Source: Eledone cirrhosa (Eukaryota). Taken from it: a stretch of DNA of 64,000 nt. The translations under genes were made by a program, and so were the position numbers. Positions 12,401 to 24,800 of this stretch are shown here, in pieces. The stretch is taken from assembly GCA_964016885.1 (NCBI GenBank), contig OZ024744.1:42036001-42100000 (forward strand), written 5' to 3'. The notes under the pieces were generated by a model. That model searched no databases and was not told where the DNA came from. It saw only the letters and a program-made list of their open reading frames with translations. Position 1 is the stretch's first letter. Every line of letters starts with the position of its first letter.

Positions 12401-13046
12401 CAGGAGCAAATCATGGAATAGCTTAGATAGGGCTAGACATAAGATAGGGAAGGCCACATCATGGTACGACAACCAGAGATATCAGAGTGTCATGTTTGTG
12501 GACGCCACCCCTGGAGGGAAATTAGCTAACCAGTGTAGAAAGGCCCTGAGAAAGACCCACTTAAAAATAAAGGTGGTAGAAAAGCCAGGAACCACCATAA
12601 AATCCCTGATCAGCAAAACCTACCCTTTTAAGAAAACCCACTGTACCAATAGGAAATGTATCATATGTAAGGTGAACCCCCGGATAAACTGTAAAACTAG
12701 AAACGTAGTCTATAGCATAAGATGTACAGAGGGTACTTGCAGAAACACGACAACAACATACATAGGTGAGACAGCTCGTAGCATAGGTGAAAGGATAGAC
12801 CAACACTGGGGGGAACTAAAAGGACGAAAAAACGGGTCAGTACTATACGAACATGCTAGACAACAACATGACGGTAACATAGACAACATAGAAATTAGAA
12901 TAATATCTAAACATAGGAATGACCCAGCAGATAGGCAAATCAGAGAGGCCAGTGAAATAGGAATTAGAAGACCAAAGCTAAACAGAAAGAATGAGTGGAA
13001 CAACAACAACACCCAAACAAACAACACTGACCTAAGAGAAGTATAA
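9411..13046 (+). CDS. Intact PLE polyprotein (1211 aa): N-terminal domain, Asn-rich insert, reverse transcriptase, Cys-rich linker, GIY-YIG endonuclease; copy 3
   Basis: RT motifs TDKSG, LYGLRKDHK, TRPV, SMDVVSLYPSI, QNEGAAIG, RYVDDI, LPVLD. Linker CTNRKCIIC. Endonuclease VVY-C-C-YIGET-R-H-H-E-LN with CCHH pattern. DK without G, a long insert between RT motifs 3 and 4, and FVDATPGGKLA fit the Naiad clade. Confidence 0.93.
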   Translation: MTLPKYNNICFDTRFHIKNLAKLIHRRYGISLCQAERLLKVTVFCYIKTTITTEQIRFLKHCVSSKTYTTNISKQVNNLLLNKTQAERLKHTITVNMKRTTYTKVNALYRQKRINGKEIRNLITANERDDFMSVIRRETKYAQNECCRHFKKKLEWMNKKKLQERKIEYSQKYPDNIDNIRMSDVKLPEEFTNDHTVNIYGNTLISEQEQQILKLPPKFAIYKKINPMECKTELEKCFTKIRWNAKVNNNNNNNGSSNINNNSGYRNNSHNHNNGRKVRNSDNSNNTSDRQNNNNHNNNNNRNVNHRHSNSDHSSNNGNNTNNNNNNNHSGNNGNSTCSNINKNKKHNNSNNHNGRNSSNNNNNNGEVNNNTSSNHNNNNINANDRNNNNHHDNNNSNTHNYDDRNNDNPLEKLFFNPADKTYKMGNIYPTRLPFNKRVCIPQQIDDETEAQFTIARNKIRQVVDRYTMRQSRPEAQQLGIKPVEGLVSLKQRTRDGEVVCLPTDKSGRMSIDSMPNYIEAMQPHITNTSEVAQLTHDGREKILNAHMMMWTDILKPSRRTANNFQASNNGIPPLYGLRKDHKTVDDPTTGPPTRPVCGANIASNYRISYFLSMVIRPIIKMSPDVCESTEDLLSRISECNKNRSLSNCIIGSMDVVSLYPSINIDFAVKRCVEMIIESEVEFCDVDTDELGLLLRLTYDTDYLDSHDLRCFCPSRPIRGRPPTITSMAKKTPIGRWIGWTKAIRTPQNTDQVRKMVAHAIGASIKTTLKGHIFKFNEKIYTQNEGAAIGVSIAGDVANLFMVWWERRLKDLLLNESSIDLIMYSRYVDDINIVIRTPPLESTNKFDLERSTMESIQQIANSIHQSITVTIDFPSKHPNNRLPVLDTELWINTIDERAQILHSHYAKPMASKYLILKNSAMSSSAKFNILIADLVRVMKNVSSMCDPTEMEGHIQHFINRMQFSGYNQRDRVRVYEGAMEKYKTLIELDMKGICPLYRSKSWNSLDRARHKIGKATSWYDNQRYQSVMFVDATPGGKLANQCRKALRKTHLKIKVVEKPGTTIKSLISKTYPFKKTHCTNRKCIICKVNPRINCKTRNVVYSIRCTEGTCRNTTTTYIGETARSIGERIDQHWGELKGRKNGSVLYEHARQQHDGNIDNIEIRIISKHRNDPADRQIREASEIGIRRPKLNRKNEWNNNNTQTNNTDLREV

Positions 13047-13556
13047 ATAAATAAGTAAATTAAATTAAATAAATAAAATAAGATAAATAAATACATACAC
13101 AAGCACATAAACACACACTAGTCACCCAGCAGACACAACACTATACACACTAGTCACACATCACACATAACACTATACACACACGCAAACGCATGCGCAA
13201 AGAAGACAAAATAAAATAAGATAAACAAACAAGCAAATAAATAAATAAATATATAGACAGACTGAACAAAAAAAAAATGGCGTAGACATACAACACAACA
13301 GGAGGAACAATGAATATAACACCACTGACGATGTTGCAGATGTGCAACGAAAGATTTATGTAAATTATGTAAACTATATATATATGTGTTTGTCTATATT
13401 GTATCTGTATTATTTTTGACCGCCGGTCAGTCAATGGCAACATTGAGGACCGAGTAAGTTAGATCGCAGATATATATATATAAAAGACAGCGAGAAGCGA
13501 AAACCAACCAAACAGTGAGTGTGTTCTGTTATTAATTCTGGCAATATTACGCAAAT

Positions 13557-16500
13557 ATGACCCTCCCCAAATATAACAATATCTGTTTCGACACACGATT
13601 TCATATAAAAAACCTCGCAAAACTAATTCATCGCCGCTATGGCATTAGCTTGTGCCAAGCTGAAAGGTTATTGAAAGACACTGTTTTCTGTTATATAAAA
13701 ACTACAATAACAACAGAACAAATCCGCTTCTTAAAACACTGTGTTTCCTCCAAAACATACACAACAAACATATCAAAACAAGTAAATAATTTATTATTGA
13801 ACAAAACACAAGCTGAACGGCTAAAACACACAATAACAGTTAATATGAAAAGAACAACATACACAAAAGTCAACGCACTCTACAGACAAAAACGCATCAA
13901 CGGTAAGGAAATCCGAAATCTCATCACAGCAAACGAGAGAGATGACTTCATGAGCGTCATCCGACGCGAAACGAAATATGCTCAAAACGAATGCTGTAGG
14001 CATTTCAAGAAGAAATTAGAATGGATGAATAAGAAAAAACTACAAGAAAGGAAAATCGAATATTCTCAAAAATACCCAGATAACATCGACAACATCCGTA
14101 TGAGTGATGTAAAACTACCGGAAGAATTTACCAATGACCACACAGTAAATATCTATGGGAACACTTTAATCAGTGAACAAGAACAACAAATCCTAAAGTT
14201 ACCACCAAAATTTGCCATCTACAAAAAGATTAACCCTATGGAATGCAAAACGGAGCTGGAAAAGTGTTTCACAAAAATACGTTGGAATGCAAAGGTAAAC
14301 AACAACAACAATAATAACGGTAGTAGTAATATAAACAATAACTCTGGGTATAGAAATAACAGCCATAACCATAACAATGGCAGGAAAGTGAGAAATAGTG
14401 ATAATAGTAATAATACTAGCGATAGACAGAACAACAACAACCACAATAATAATAATAATAGAAACGTTAACCACAGACACAGCAACAGTGACCACAGTAG
14501 TAATAACGGTAACAATACGAACAACAACAACAACAATAACCACAGTGGTAATAATGGAAATAGTACATGTAGCAACATCAACAAAAACAAGAAACATAAT
14601 AATAGTAACAACCACAATGGTAGAAATAGCAGTAACAACAACAACAATAACGGTGAAGTAAACAACAATACATCTAGCAATCATAACAATAATAATATTA
14701 ATGCTAATGATAGAAACAACAACAACCACCATGATAACAATAATAGCAACACACACAACTATGACGATAGAAATAACGACAACCCCTTAGAGAAACTATT
14801 TTTCAACCCAGCTGACAAAACATATAAGATGGGTAATATCTATCCTACGAGGTTACCCTTTAATAAAAGAGTTTGCATACCACAGCAAATAGATGACGAG
14901 ACGGAGGCACAGTTCACCATAGCTAGAAATAAGATTAGACAAGTAGTAGACAGGTACACTATGAGACAGAGCAGACCAGAGGCCCAACAACTTGGGATAA
15001 AACCTGTAGAAGGCTTGGTTAGCCTCAAGCAGCGCACAAGGGATGGTGAGGTAGTGTGTCTACCCACAGATAAGTCTGGTAGGATGTCAATAGATAGCAT
15101 GCCGAACTACATCGAGGCAATGCAACCCCACATCACCAACACGAGCGAAGTTGCACAACTAACACACGATGGGAGAGAAAAAATCCTCAACGCTCACATG
15201 ATGATGTGGACTGACATCCTAAAGCCAAGCAGACGCACTGCCAACAACTTCCAGGCGTCTAACAATGGCATACCACCCTTGTATGGGCTCCGCAAAGACC
15301 ACAAGACAGTCGACGACCCGACAACAGGACCACCAACAAGACCCGTATGCGGAGCTAATATAGCTAGCAACTACAGGATCTCCTACTTCCTCTCAATGGT
15401 TATACGCCCCATAATCAAGATGTCCCCAGATGTATGTGAAAGTACAGAGGACCTCCTCAGCAGAATCAGTGAGTGCAACAAAAACAGGAGCCTATCCAAC
15501 TGCATAATAGGCAGCATGGATGTGGTGTCACTGTACCCATCCATTAACATTGATTTTGCTGTGAAAAGATGTGTGGAGATGATCATTGAGAGTGAGGTGG
15601 AGTTCTGCGACGTCGACACAGACGAACTGGGCCTCCTACTTAGACTTACCTACGACACTGACTACCTAGACAGCCATGACCTTAGATGTTTCTGCCCTAG
15701 TAGACCTATAAGAGGTAGACCCCCCACCATAACCTCAATGGCTAAAAAGACTCCCATAGGAAGGTGGATTGGGTGGACCAAAGCTATACGGACCCCCCAA
15801 AACACTGATCAGGTAAGAAAAATGGTCGCACATGCAATAGGGGCTAGTATCAAAACTACCCTAAAGGGCCACATATTTAAGTTCAATGAGAAAATCTACA
15901 CCCAAAATGAGGGAGCAGCCATCGGCGTCAGCATAGCTGGTGATGTTGCCAACCTTTTCATGGTATGGTGGGAAAGGAGACTTAAAGATCTCCTCCTTAA
16001 TGAAAGCTCCATAGACCTCATCATGTACTCTCGTTATGTAGACGATATCAATATAGTTATAAGAACACCCCCACTAGAGAGCACTAACAAGTTTGATTTA
16101 GAACGTAGCACGATGGAAAGCATCCAGCAGATAGCTAATTCCATACACCAGAGTATAACTGTAACTATAGACTTCCCTTCCAAACACCCTAACAATAGAC
16201 TACCTGTATTAGACACAGAACTCTGGATTAACACTATAGACGAGAGAGCCCAAATTCTCCACTCACACTATGCTAAACCCATGGCCTCCAAATACCTGAT
16301 ACTCAAAAACTCAGCAATGTCCAGTAGTGCTAAGTTTAATATTCTGATCGCAGATTTGGTACGAGTGATGAAGAATGTGTCCAGCATGTGCGACCCAACA
16401 GAAATGGAAGGACACATCCAACACTTCATCAACCGCATGCAGTTCTCTGGCTACAACCAAAGAGACAGAGTCAGAGTATACGAAGGAGCCATGGAAAAGT

Positions 16501-17192
16501 ATAAGACCCTCATAGAACTGGACATGAAAGGAATTTGCCCACTATACAGGAGCAAATCATGGAATAGCTTAGATAGGGCTAGACATAAGATAGGGAAGGC
16601 CACATCATGGTACGACAACCAGAGATATCAGAGTGTCATGTTTGTGGACGCCACCCCTGGAGGGAAATTAGCTAACCAGTGTAGAAAGGCCCTGAGAAAG
16701 ACCCACTTAAAAATAAAGGTGGTAGAAAAGCCAGGAACCACCATAAAATCCCTGATCAGCAAAACCTACCCTTTTAAGAAAACCCACTGTACCAATAGGA
16801 AATGTATCATATGTAAGGTGAACCCCCGGATAAACTGTAAAACTAGAAACGTAGTCTATAGCATAAGATGTACAGAGGGTACTTGCAGAAACACGACAAC
16901 AACATACATAGGTGAGACAGCTCGTAGCATAGGTGAAAGGATAGACCAACACTGGGGGGAACTAAAAGGACGAAAAAACGGGTCAGTACTATACGAACAT
17001 GCTAGACAACAACATGACGGTAACATAGACAACATAGAAATTAGAATAATATCTAAACATAGGAATGACCCAGCAGATAGGCAAATCAGAGAGGCCAGTG
17101 AAATAGAAATTAGAAGACCAAAGCTAAACAGAAAGAATGAGTGGAACAACAACAACACCCAAACAAACAACACTGACCTAAGAGAAGTATAA
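13557..17192 (+). CDS. Intact PLE RT-GIY-YIG polyprotein, copy 4
   Basis: 1211-aa ORF with the same motifs. Confidence 0.93.
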   Translation: MTLPKYNNICFDTRFHIKNLAKLIHRRYGISLCQAERLLKDTVFCYIKTTITTEQIRFLKHCVSSKTYTTNISKQVNNLLLNKTQAERLKHTITVNMKRTTYTKVNALYRQKRINGKEIRNLITANERDDFMSVIRRETKYAQNECCRHFKKKLEWMNKKKLQERKIEYSQKYPDNIDNIRMSDVKLPEEFTNDHTVNIYGNTLISEQEQQILKLPPKFAIYKKINPMECKTELEKCFTKIRWNAKVNNNNNNNGSSNINNNSGYRNNSHNHNNGRKVRNSDNSNNTSDRQNNNNHNNNNNRNVNHRHSNSDHSSNNGNNTNNNNNNNHSGNNGNSTCSNINKNKKHNNSNNHNGRNSSNNNNNNGEVNNNTSSNHNNNNINANDRNNNNHHDNNNSNTHNYDDRNNDNPLEKLFFNPADKTYKMGNIYPTRLPFNKRVCIPQQIDDETEAQFTIARNKIRQVVDRYTMRQSRPEAQQLGIKPVEGLVSLKQRTRDGEVVCLPTDKSGRMSIDSMPNYIEAMQPHITNTSEVAQLTHDGREKILNAHMMMWTDILKPSRRTANNFQASNNGIPPLYGLRKDHKTVDDPTTGPPTRPVCGANIASNYRISYFLSMVIRPIIKMSPDVCESTEDLLSRISECNKNRSLSNCIIGSMDVVSLYPSINIDFAVKRCVEMIIESEVEFCDVDTDELGLLLRLTYDTDYLDSHDLRCFCPSRPIRGRPPTITSMAKKTPIGRWIGWTKAIRTPQNTDQVRKMVAHAIGASIKTTLKGHIFKFNEKIYTQNEGAAIGVSIAGDVANLFMVWWERRLKDLLLNESSIDLIMYSRYVDDINIVIRTPPLESTNKFDLERSTMESIQQIANSIHQSITVTIDFPSKHPNNRLPVLDTELWINTIDERAQILHSHYAKPMASKYLILKNSAMSSSAKFNILIADLVRVMKNVSSMCDPTEMEGHIQHFINRMQFSGYNQRDRVRVYEGAMEKYKTLIELDMKGICPLYRSKSWNSLDRARHKIGKATSWYDNQRYQSVMFVDATPGGKLANQCRKALRKTHLKIKVVEKPGTTIKSLISKTYPFKKTHCTNRKCIICKVNPRINCKTRNVVYSIRCTEGTCRNTTTTYIGETARSIGERIDQHWGELKGRKNGSVLYEHARQQHDGNIDNIEIRIISKHRNDPADRQIREASEIEIRRPKLNRKNEWNNNNTQTNNTDLREV

Positions 17193-17704
17193 ATAAATAA
17201 GTAAATTAAATTAAATAAATAAAATAAGATAAATAAATACATACACAAGCACATAAACACACACTAGTCACCCAGCAGACACAACACTATACACACTAGT
17301 CACACTAGTCACACATAACACTATACACACACGCAAACGCATGCGCAAAGAAGACAAAATAAAATAAGATAAACAAACAAGCAAATAAATAAATAAATAT
17401 ATAGACAGACTGAACAAAAAAAAAATGGCGTAGACATACAACACAACAGGAGGAACAATGAATATAACACCACTGACGATGTTGCAGATGTGCAACGAAA
17501 GATTTATGTAAATTATGTAAACTATATATATATGTGTTTGTCTATATTGTATCTGTATTATTTTTGACCGCCGGTCAGTCAATGGCAACATTGAGGACCG
17601 AGTAAGTTAGATCGCAGATATATATATATAAAAGACAGCGAGAAGCGAAAACCAACCAAACAGTGAGTGTGTTCTGTTATTAATTCTGGCAATATTACGC
17701 AAAT

Positions 17705-20700
17705 ATGACCCTCCCCAAATATAACAATATCTGTTTCGACACACGATTTCATATAAAAAACCTCGCAAAACTAATTCATCGCCGCTATGGCATTAGCTTG
17801 TGCCAAGCTGAAAGGTTATTGAAAGACACTGTTTTCTGTTATATAAAAACTACAATAACAACAGAACAAATCCGCTTCTTAAAACACTGTGTTTCCTCCA
17901 AAACATACACAACAAACATATCAAAACAAGTAAATAATTTATTATTGAACAAAACACAAGCTGAACGGCTAAAACACACAATAACAGTTAATATGAAAAG
18001 AACAACATACACAAAAGTCAACGCACTCTACAGACAAAAACGCATCAACGGTAAGGAAATCCGAAATCTCATCACAGCAAACGAGAGAGATGACTTCATG
18101 AGCGTCATCCGACGCGAAACGAAATATGCTCAAAACGAATGCTGTAGGCATTTCAAGAAGAAATTAGAATGGATGAATAAGAAAAAACTACAAGAAAGGA
18201 AAATCGAATATTCTCAAAAATACCCAGATAACATCGACAACATCCGTATGAGTGATGTAAAACTACCGGAAGAATTTACCAATGACCACACAGTAAATAT
18301 CTATGGGAACACTTTAATCAGTGAACAAGAACAACAAATCCTAAAGTTCCCACCAAAATTTGCCATCTACAAAAAGATTAACCCTATGGAATGCAAAACG
18401 GAGCTGGAAAAGTGTTTCACAAAAATACGTTGGAATGCAAAGGTAAACAACAACAACAATAATAACGGTAGTAGTAATATAAACAATAACTCTGGGTATA
18501 GAAATAACAGCCATAACCATAACAATGGCAGGAAAGTGAGAAATAGTGATAATAGTAATAATACTAGCGATAGACAGAACAACAACAACCACAATAATAA
18601 TAATAATAGAAACGTTAACCACAGACACAGCAACAGTGACCACAGTAGTAATAACGGTAACAATACGAACAACAACAACAACAATAACCACAGTGGTAAT
18701 AATGGAAATAGTACATGTAGCAACATCAACAAAAACAAGAAACATAATAATAGTAACAACCACAATGGTAGAAATAGCAGTAACAACAACAACAATAACG
18801 GTGAAGTAAACAACAATACATCTAGCAATCATAACAATAATAATATTAATGCTAATGATAGAAACAACAACAACCACCATGATAACAATAATAGCAACAC
18901 ACACAACTATGACGATAGAAATAACGACAACCCCTTAGAGAAACTATTTTTCAACCCAGCTGACAAAACATATAAGATGGGTAATATCTATCCTACGAGG
19001 TTACCCTTTAATAAAAGAGTTTGCATACCACAGCAAATAGATGACGAGACGGAGGCACAGTTCACCATAGCTAGAAATAAGATTAGACAAGTAGTAGACA
19101 GGTACACTATGAGACAGAGCAGACCAGAGGCCCAACAACTTGGGATAAAACCTGTAGAAGGCTTGGTTAGCCTCAAGCAGCGCACAAGGGATGGTGAGGT
19201 AGTGTGTCTACCCACAGATAAGTCTGGTAGGATGTCAATAGATAGCATGCCGAACTACATCGAGGCAATGCAACCCCACATCACCAACACGAGCGAAGTT
19301 GCACAACTAACACACGATGGGAGAGAAAAAATCCTCAACGCTCACATGATGATGTGGACTGACATCCTAAAGCCAAGCAGACGCACTGCCAACAACTTCC
19401 AGGCGTCTAACAATGGCATACCACCCTTGTATGGGCTCCGCAAAGACCACAAGACAGTCGACGACCCGACAACAGGACCACCAACAAGACCCGTATGCGG
19501 AGCTAATATAGCTAGCAACTACAGGATCTCCTACTTCCTCTCAATGGTTATACGCCCCATAATCAAGATGTCCCCAGATGTATGTGAAAGTACAGAGGAC
19601 CTCCTCAGCAGAATCAGTGAGTGCAACAAAAACAGGAGCCTATCCAACTGCATAATAGGCAGCATGGATGTGGTGTCACTGTACCCATCCATTAACATTG
19701 ATTTTGCTGTGAAAAGATGTGTGGAGATGATCATTGAGAGTGAGGTGGAGTTCTGCGACGTCGACACAGACGAACTGGGCCTCCTACTTAGACTTACCTA
19801 CGACACTGACTACCTAGACAGCCATGACCTTAGATGTTTCTGCCCTAGTAGACCTATAAGAGGTAGACCCCCCACCATAACCTCAATGGCTAAAAAGACT
19901 CCCATAGGAAGGTGGATTGGGTGGACCAAAGCTATACGGACCCCCCAAAACACTGATCAGGTAAGAAAAATGGTCGCACATGCAATAGGGGCTAGTATCA
20001 AAACTACCCTAAAGGGCCACATATTTAAGTTCAATGAGAAAATCTACACCCAAAATGAGGGAGCAGCCATCGGCGTCAGCATAGCTGGTGATGTTGCCAA
20101 CCTTTTCATGGTATGGTGGGAAAGGAGACTTAAAGATCTCCTCCTTAATGAAAGCTCCATAGACCTCATCATGTACTCTCGTTATGTAGACGATATCAAT
20201 ATAGTTATAAGAACACCCCCACTAGAGAGCACTAACAAGTTTGATTTAGAACGTAGCACGATGGAAAGCATCCAGCAGATAGCTAATTCCATACACCAGA
20301 GTATAACTGTAACTATAGACTTCCCTTCCAAACACCCTAACAATAGACTACCTGTATTAGACACAGAACTCTGGATTAACACTATAGACGAGAGAGCCCA
20401 AATTCTCCACTCACACTATGCTAAACCCATGGCCTCCAAATACCTGATACTCAAAAACTCAGCAATGTCCAGTAGTGCTAAGTTTAATATTCTGATCGCA
20501 GATTTGGTACGAGTGATGAAGAATGTGTCCAGCATGTGCGACCCAACAGAAATGGAAGGACACATCCAACACTTCATCAACCGCATGCAGTTCTCTGGCT
20601 ACAACCAAAGAGACAGAGTCAGAGTATACGAAGGAGCCATGGAAAAGTATAAGACCCTCATAGAACTGGACATGAAAGGAATTTGCCCACTATACAGGAG

Positions 20701-21292
20701 CAAATCATGGAATAGCTTAGATAGGGCTAGACATAAGATAGGGAAGGCCACATCATGGTACGACAACCAGAGATATCAGAGTGTCATGTTTGTGGACGCC
20801 ACCCCTGGAGGGAAATTAGCTAACCAGTGTAGAAAGGCCCTGAGAAAGACCCACTTAAAAATAAAGGTGGTAGAAAAGCCAGGAACCACCATAAAATCCC
20901 TGATCAGCAAAACCTACCCTTTTAAGAAAACCCACTGTACCAATAGGAAATGTATCATATGTAAGGTGAACCCCCGGATAAACTGTAAAACTAGAAACGT
21001 AGTCTATAGCATAAGATGTACAGAGGGTACTTGCAGAAACACGACAACAACATACATAGGTGAGACAGCTCGTAGCATAGGTGAAAGGATAGACCAACAC
21101 TGGGGGGAACTAAAAGGACGAAAAAACGGGTCAGTACTATACGAACATGCTAGACAACAACATGACGGTAACATAGACAACATAGAAATTAGAATAATAT
21201 CTAAACATAGGAATGACCCAGCAGATAGGCAAATCAGAGAGGCCAGTGAAATAGAAATTAGAAGACCAAAGCTAAACAGAAAGAATGAGTGA
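17705..21292 (+). CDS. PLE RT-GIY-YIG polyprotein, copy 5, lacking the last 16 aa
   Basis: 1195 aa. TGG>TGA at 21290-21292, downstream of the endonuclease LN motif. Confidence 0.9.
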   Translation: MTLPKYNNICFDTRFHIKNLAKLIHRRYGISLCQAERLLKDTVFCYIKTTITTEQIRFLKHCVSSKTYTTNISKQVNNLLLNKTQAERLKHTITVNMKRTTYTKVNALYRQKRINGKEIRNLITANERDDFMSVIRRETKYAQNECCRHFKKKLEWMNKKKLQERKIEYSQKYPDNIDNIRMSDVKLPEEFTNDHTVNIYGNTLISEQEQQILKFPPKFAIYKKINPMECKTELEKCFTKIRWNAKVNNNNNNNGSSNINNNSGYRNNSHNHNNGRKVRNSDNSNNTSDRQNNNNHNNNNNRNVNHRHSNSDHSSNNGNNTNNNNNNNHSGNNGNSTCSNINKNKKHNNSNNHNGRNSSNNNNNNGEVNNNTSSNHNNNNINANDRNNNNHHDNNNSNTHNYDDRNNDNPLEKLFFNPADKTYKMGNIYPTRLPFNKRVCIPQQIDDETEAQFTIARNKIRQVVDRYTMRQSRPEAQQLGIKPVEGLVSLKQRTRDGEVVCLPTDKSGRMSIDSMPNYIEAMQPHITNTSEVAQLTHDGREKILNAHMMMWTDILKPSRRTANNFQASNNGIPPLYGLRKDHKTVDDPTTGPPTRPVCGANIASNYRISYFLSMVIRPIIKMSPDVCESTEDLLSRISECNKNRSLSNCIIGSMDVVSLYPSINIDFAVKRCVEMIIESEVEFCDVDTDELGLLLRLTYDTDYLDSHDLRCFCPSRPIRGRPPTITSMAKKTPIGRWIGWTKAIRTPQNTDQVRKMVAHAIGASIKTTLKGHIFKFNEKIYTQNEGAAIGVSIAGDVANLFMVWWERRLKDLLLNESSIDLIMYSRYVDDINIVIRTPPLESTNKFDLERSTMESIQQIANSIHQSITVTIDFPSKHPNNRLPVLDTELWINTIDERAQILHSHYAKPMASKYLILKNSAMSSSAKFNILIADLVRVMKNVSSMCDPTEMEGHIQHFINRMQFSGYNQRDRVRVYEGAMEKYKTLIELDMKGICPLYRSKSWNSLDRARHKIGKATSWYDNQRYQSVMFVDATPGGKLANQCRKALRKTHLKIKVVEKPGTTIKSLISKTYPFKKTHCTNRKCIICKVNPRINCKTRNVVYSIRCTEGTCRNTTTTYIGETARSIGERIDQHWGELKGRKNGSVLYEHARQQHDGNIDNIEIRIISKHRNDPADRQIREASEIEIRRPKLNRKNE

Positions 21293-21852
21293 AACAACAA
21301 CAACACCCAAACAAACAACACTGACCTAAGAGAAGTATAAATAAATAAGTAAATTAAATTAAATAAATAAAATAAGATAAATAAATACATACACAAGCAC
21401 ATAAACACACACTAGTCACCCAGCAGACACAACACTATACACACTAGTCACACTAGTCACACATAACACTATACACACACGCAAACGCATGCGCAAAGAA
21501 GACAAAATAAAATAAGATAAACAAACAAGCAAATAAATAAATAAATATATAGACAGACTGAACAAAAAAAAAATGGCGTAGACATACAACACAACAGGAG
21601 GAACAATGAATATAACACCACTGACGATGTTGCAGATGTGCAACGAAAGATTTATGTAAATTATGTAAACTATATATATATGTGTTTGTCTATATTGTAT
21701 CTGTATTATTTTTGACCGCCGGTCAGTCAATGGCAACATTGAGGACCGAGTAAGTTAGATCGCAGATATATATATATAAAAGACAGCGAGAAGCGAAAAC
21801 CAACCAAACAGTGAGTGTGTTCTGTTATTAATTCTGGCAATATTACGCAAAT

Positions 21853-24800
21853 ATGACCCTCCCCAAATATAACAATATCTGTTTCGACACACGATTTCAT
21901 ATAAAAAACCTCGCAAAACTAATTCATCGCCGCTATGGCATTAGCTTGTGCCAAGCTGAAAGGTTATTGAAAGACACTGTTTTCTGTTATATAAAAACTA
22001 CAATAACAACAGAACAAATCCGCTTCTTAAAACACTGTGTTTCCTCCAAAACATACACAACAAACATATCAAAACAAGTAAATAATTTATTATTGAACAA
22101 AACACAAGCTGAACGGCTAAAACACACAATAACAGTTAATATGAAAAGAACAACATACACAAAAGTCAACGCAGTCTACAGACAAAAACGCATCAACGGT
22201 AAGGAAATCCGAAATCTCATCACAGCAAACGAGAGAGATGACTTCATGAGCGTCATCCGACGCGAAACGAAATATGCTCAAAACGAATGCTGTAGGCATT
22301 TCAAGAAGAAATTAGAATGGATGAATAAGAAAAAACTACAAGAAAGGAAAATCGAATATTCTCAAAAATACCCAGATAACATCGACAACATCCGTATGAG
22401 TGATGTAAAACTACCGGAAGAATTTACCAATGACCACACAGTAAATATCTATGGGAACACTTTAATCAGTGAACAAGAACAACAAATCCTAAAGTTCCCA
22501 CCAAAATTTGCCATCTACAAAAAGATTAACCCTATGGAATGCAAAACGGAGCTGGAAAAGTGTTTCACAAAAATACGTTGGAATGCAAAGGTAAACAACA
22601 ACAACAATAATAACGGTAGTAGTAATATAAACAATAACTCTGGGTATAGAAATAACAGCCATAACCATAACAATGGCAGGAAAGTGAGAAATAGTGATAA
22701 TAGTAATAATACTAGCGATAGACAGAACAACAACAACCACAATAATAATAATAATAGAAACGTTAACCACAGACACAGCAACAGTGACCACAGTAGTAAT
22801 AACGGTAACAATACGAACAACAACAACAACAATAACCACAGTGGTAATAATGGAAATAGTACATGTAGCAACATCAACAAAAACAAGAAACATAATAATA
22901 GTAACAACCACAATGGTAGAAATAGCAGTAACAACAACAACAATAACGGTGAAGTAAACAACAATACATCTAGCAATCATAACAATAATAATATTAATGC
23001 TAATGATAGAAACAACAACAACCACCATGATAACAATAATAGCAACACACACAACTATGACGATAGAAATAACGACAACCCCTTAGAGAAACTATTTTTC
23101 AACCCAGCTGACAAAACATATAAGATGGGTAATATCTATCCTACGAGGTTACCCTTTAATAAAAGAGTTTGCATACCACAGCAAATAGATGACGAGACGG
23201 AGGCACAGTTCACCATAGCTAGAAATAAGATTAGACAAGTAGTAGACAGGTACACTATGAGACAGAGCAGACCAGAGGCCCAACAACTTGGGATAAAACC
23301 TGTAGAAGGCTTGGTTAGCCTCAAGCAGCGCACAAGGGATGGTGAGGTAGTGTGTCTACCCACAGATAAGTCTGGTAGGATGTCAATAGATAGCATGCCG
23401 AACTACATCGAGGCAATGCAACCCCACATCACCAACACGAGCGAAGTTGCACAACTAACACACGATGGGAGAGAAAAAATCCTCAACGCTCACATGATGA
23501 TGTGGACTGACATCCTAAAGCCAAGCAGACGCACTGCCAACAACTTCCAGGCGTCTAACAATGGCATACCACCCTTGTATGGGCTCCGCAAAGACCACAA
23601 GACAGTCGACGACCCGACAACAGGACCACCAACAAGACCCGTATGCGGAGCTAATATAGCTAGCAACTACAGGATCTCCTACTTCCTCTCAATGGTTATA
23701 CGCCCCATAATCAAGATGTCCCCAGATGTATGTGAAAGTACAGAGGACCTCCTCAGCAGAATCAGTGAGTGCAACAAAAACAGGAGCCTATCCAACTGCA
23801 TAATAGGCAGCATGGATGTGGTGTCACTGTACCCATCCATTAACATTGATTTTGCTGTGAAAAGATGTGTGGAGATGATCATTGAGAGTGAGGTGGAGTT
23901 CTGCGACGTCGACACAGACGAACTGGGCCTCCTACTTAGACTTACCTACGACACTGACTACCTAGACAGCCATGACCTTAGATGTTTCTGCCCTAGTAGA
24001 CCTATAAGAGGTAGACCCCCCACCATAACCTCAATGGCTAAAAAGACTCCCATAGGAAGGTGGATTGGGTGGACCAAAGCTATACGGACCCCCCAAAACA
24101 CTGATCAGGTAAGAAAAATGGTCGCACATGCAATAGGGGCTAGTATCAAAACTACCCTAAAGGGCCACATATTTAAGTTCAATGAGAAAATCTACACCCA
24201 AAATGAGGGAGCAGCCATCGGCGTCAGCATAGCTGGTGATGTTGCCAACCTTTTCATGGTATGGTGGGAAAGGAGACTTAAAGATCTCCTCCTTAATGAA
24301 AGCTCCATAGACCTCATCATGTACTCTCGTTATGTAGACGATATCAATATAGTTATAAGAACACCCCCACTAGAGAGCACTAACAAGTTTGATTTAGAAC
24401 GTAGCACGATGGAAAGCATCCAGCAGATAGCTAATTCCATACACCAGAGTATAACTGTAACTATAGACTTCCCTTCCAAACACCCTAACAATAGACTACC
24501 TGTATTAGACACAGAACTCTGGATTAACACTATAGACGAGAGAGCCCAAATTCTCCACTCACACTATGCTAAACCCATGGCCTCCAAATACCTGATACTC
24601 AAAAACTCAGCAATGTCCAGTAGTGCTAAGTTTAATATTCTGATCGCAGATTTGGTACGAGTGATGAAGAATGTGTCCAGCATGTGCGACCCAACAGAAA
24701 TGGAAGGACACATCCAACACTTCATCAACCGCATGCAGTTCTCTGGCTACAACCAAAGAGACAGAGTCAGAGTATACGAAGGAGCCATGGAAAAGTATAA

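Noticed and set aside
21290-21292. In-frame TGA as selenocysteine (some Naiads encode selenoproteins)
   Set aside because: It replaces Trp (TGG), not Cys, and occurs in one copy only. All Cys positions use TGY. The TGA at 38945 likewise sits in a frameshifted copy and has no visible SECIS.
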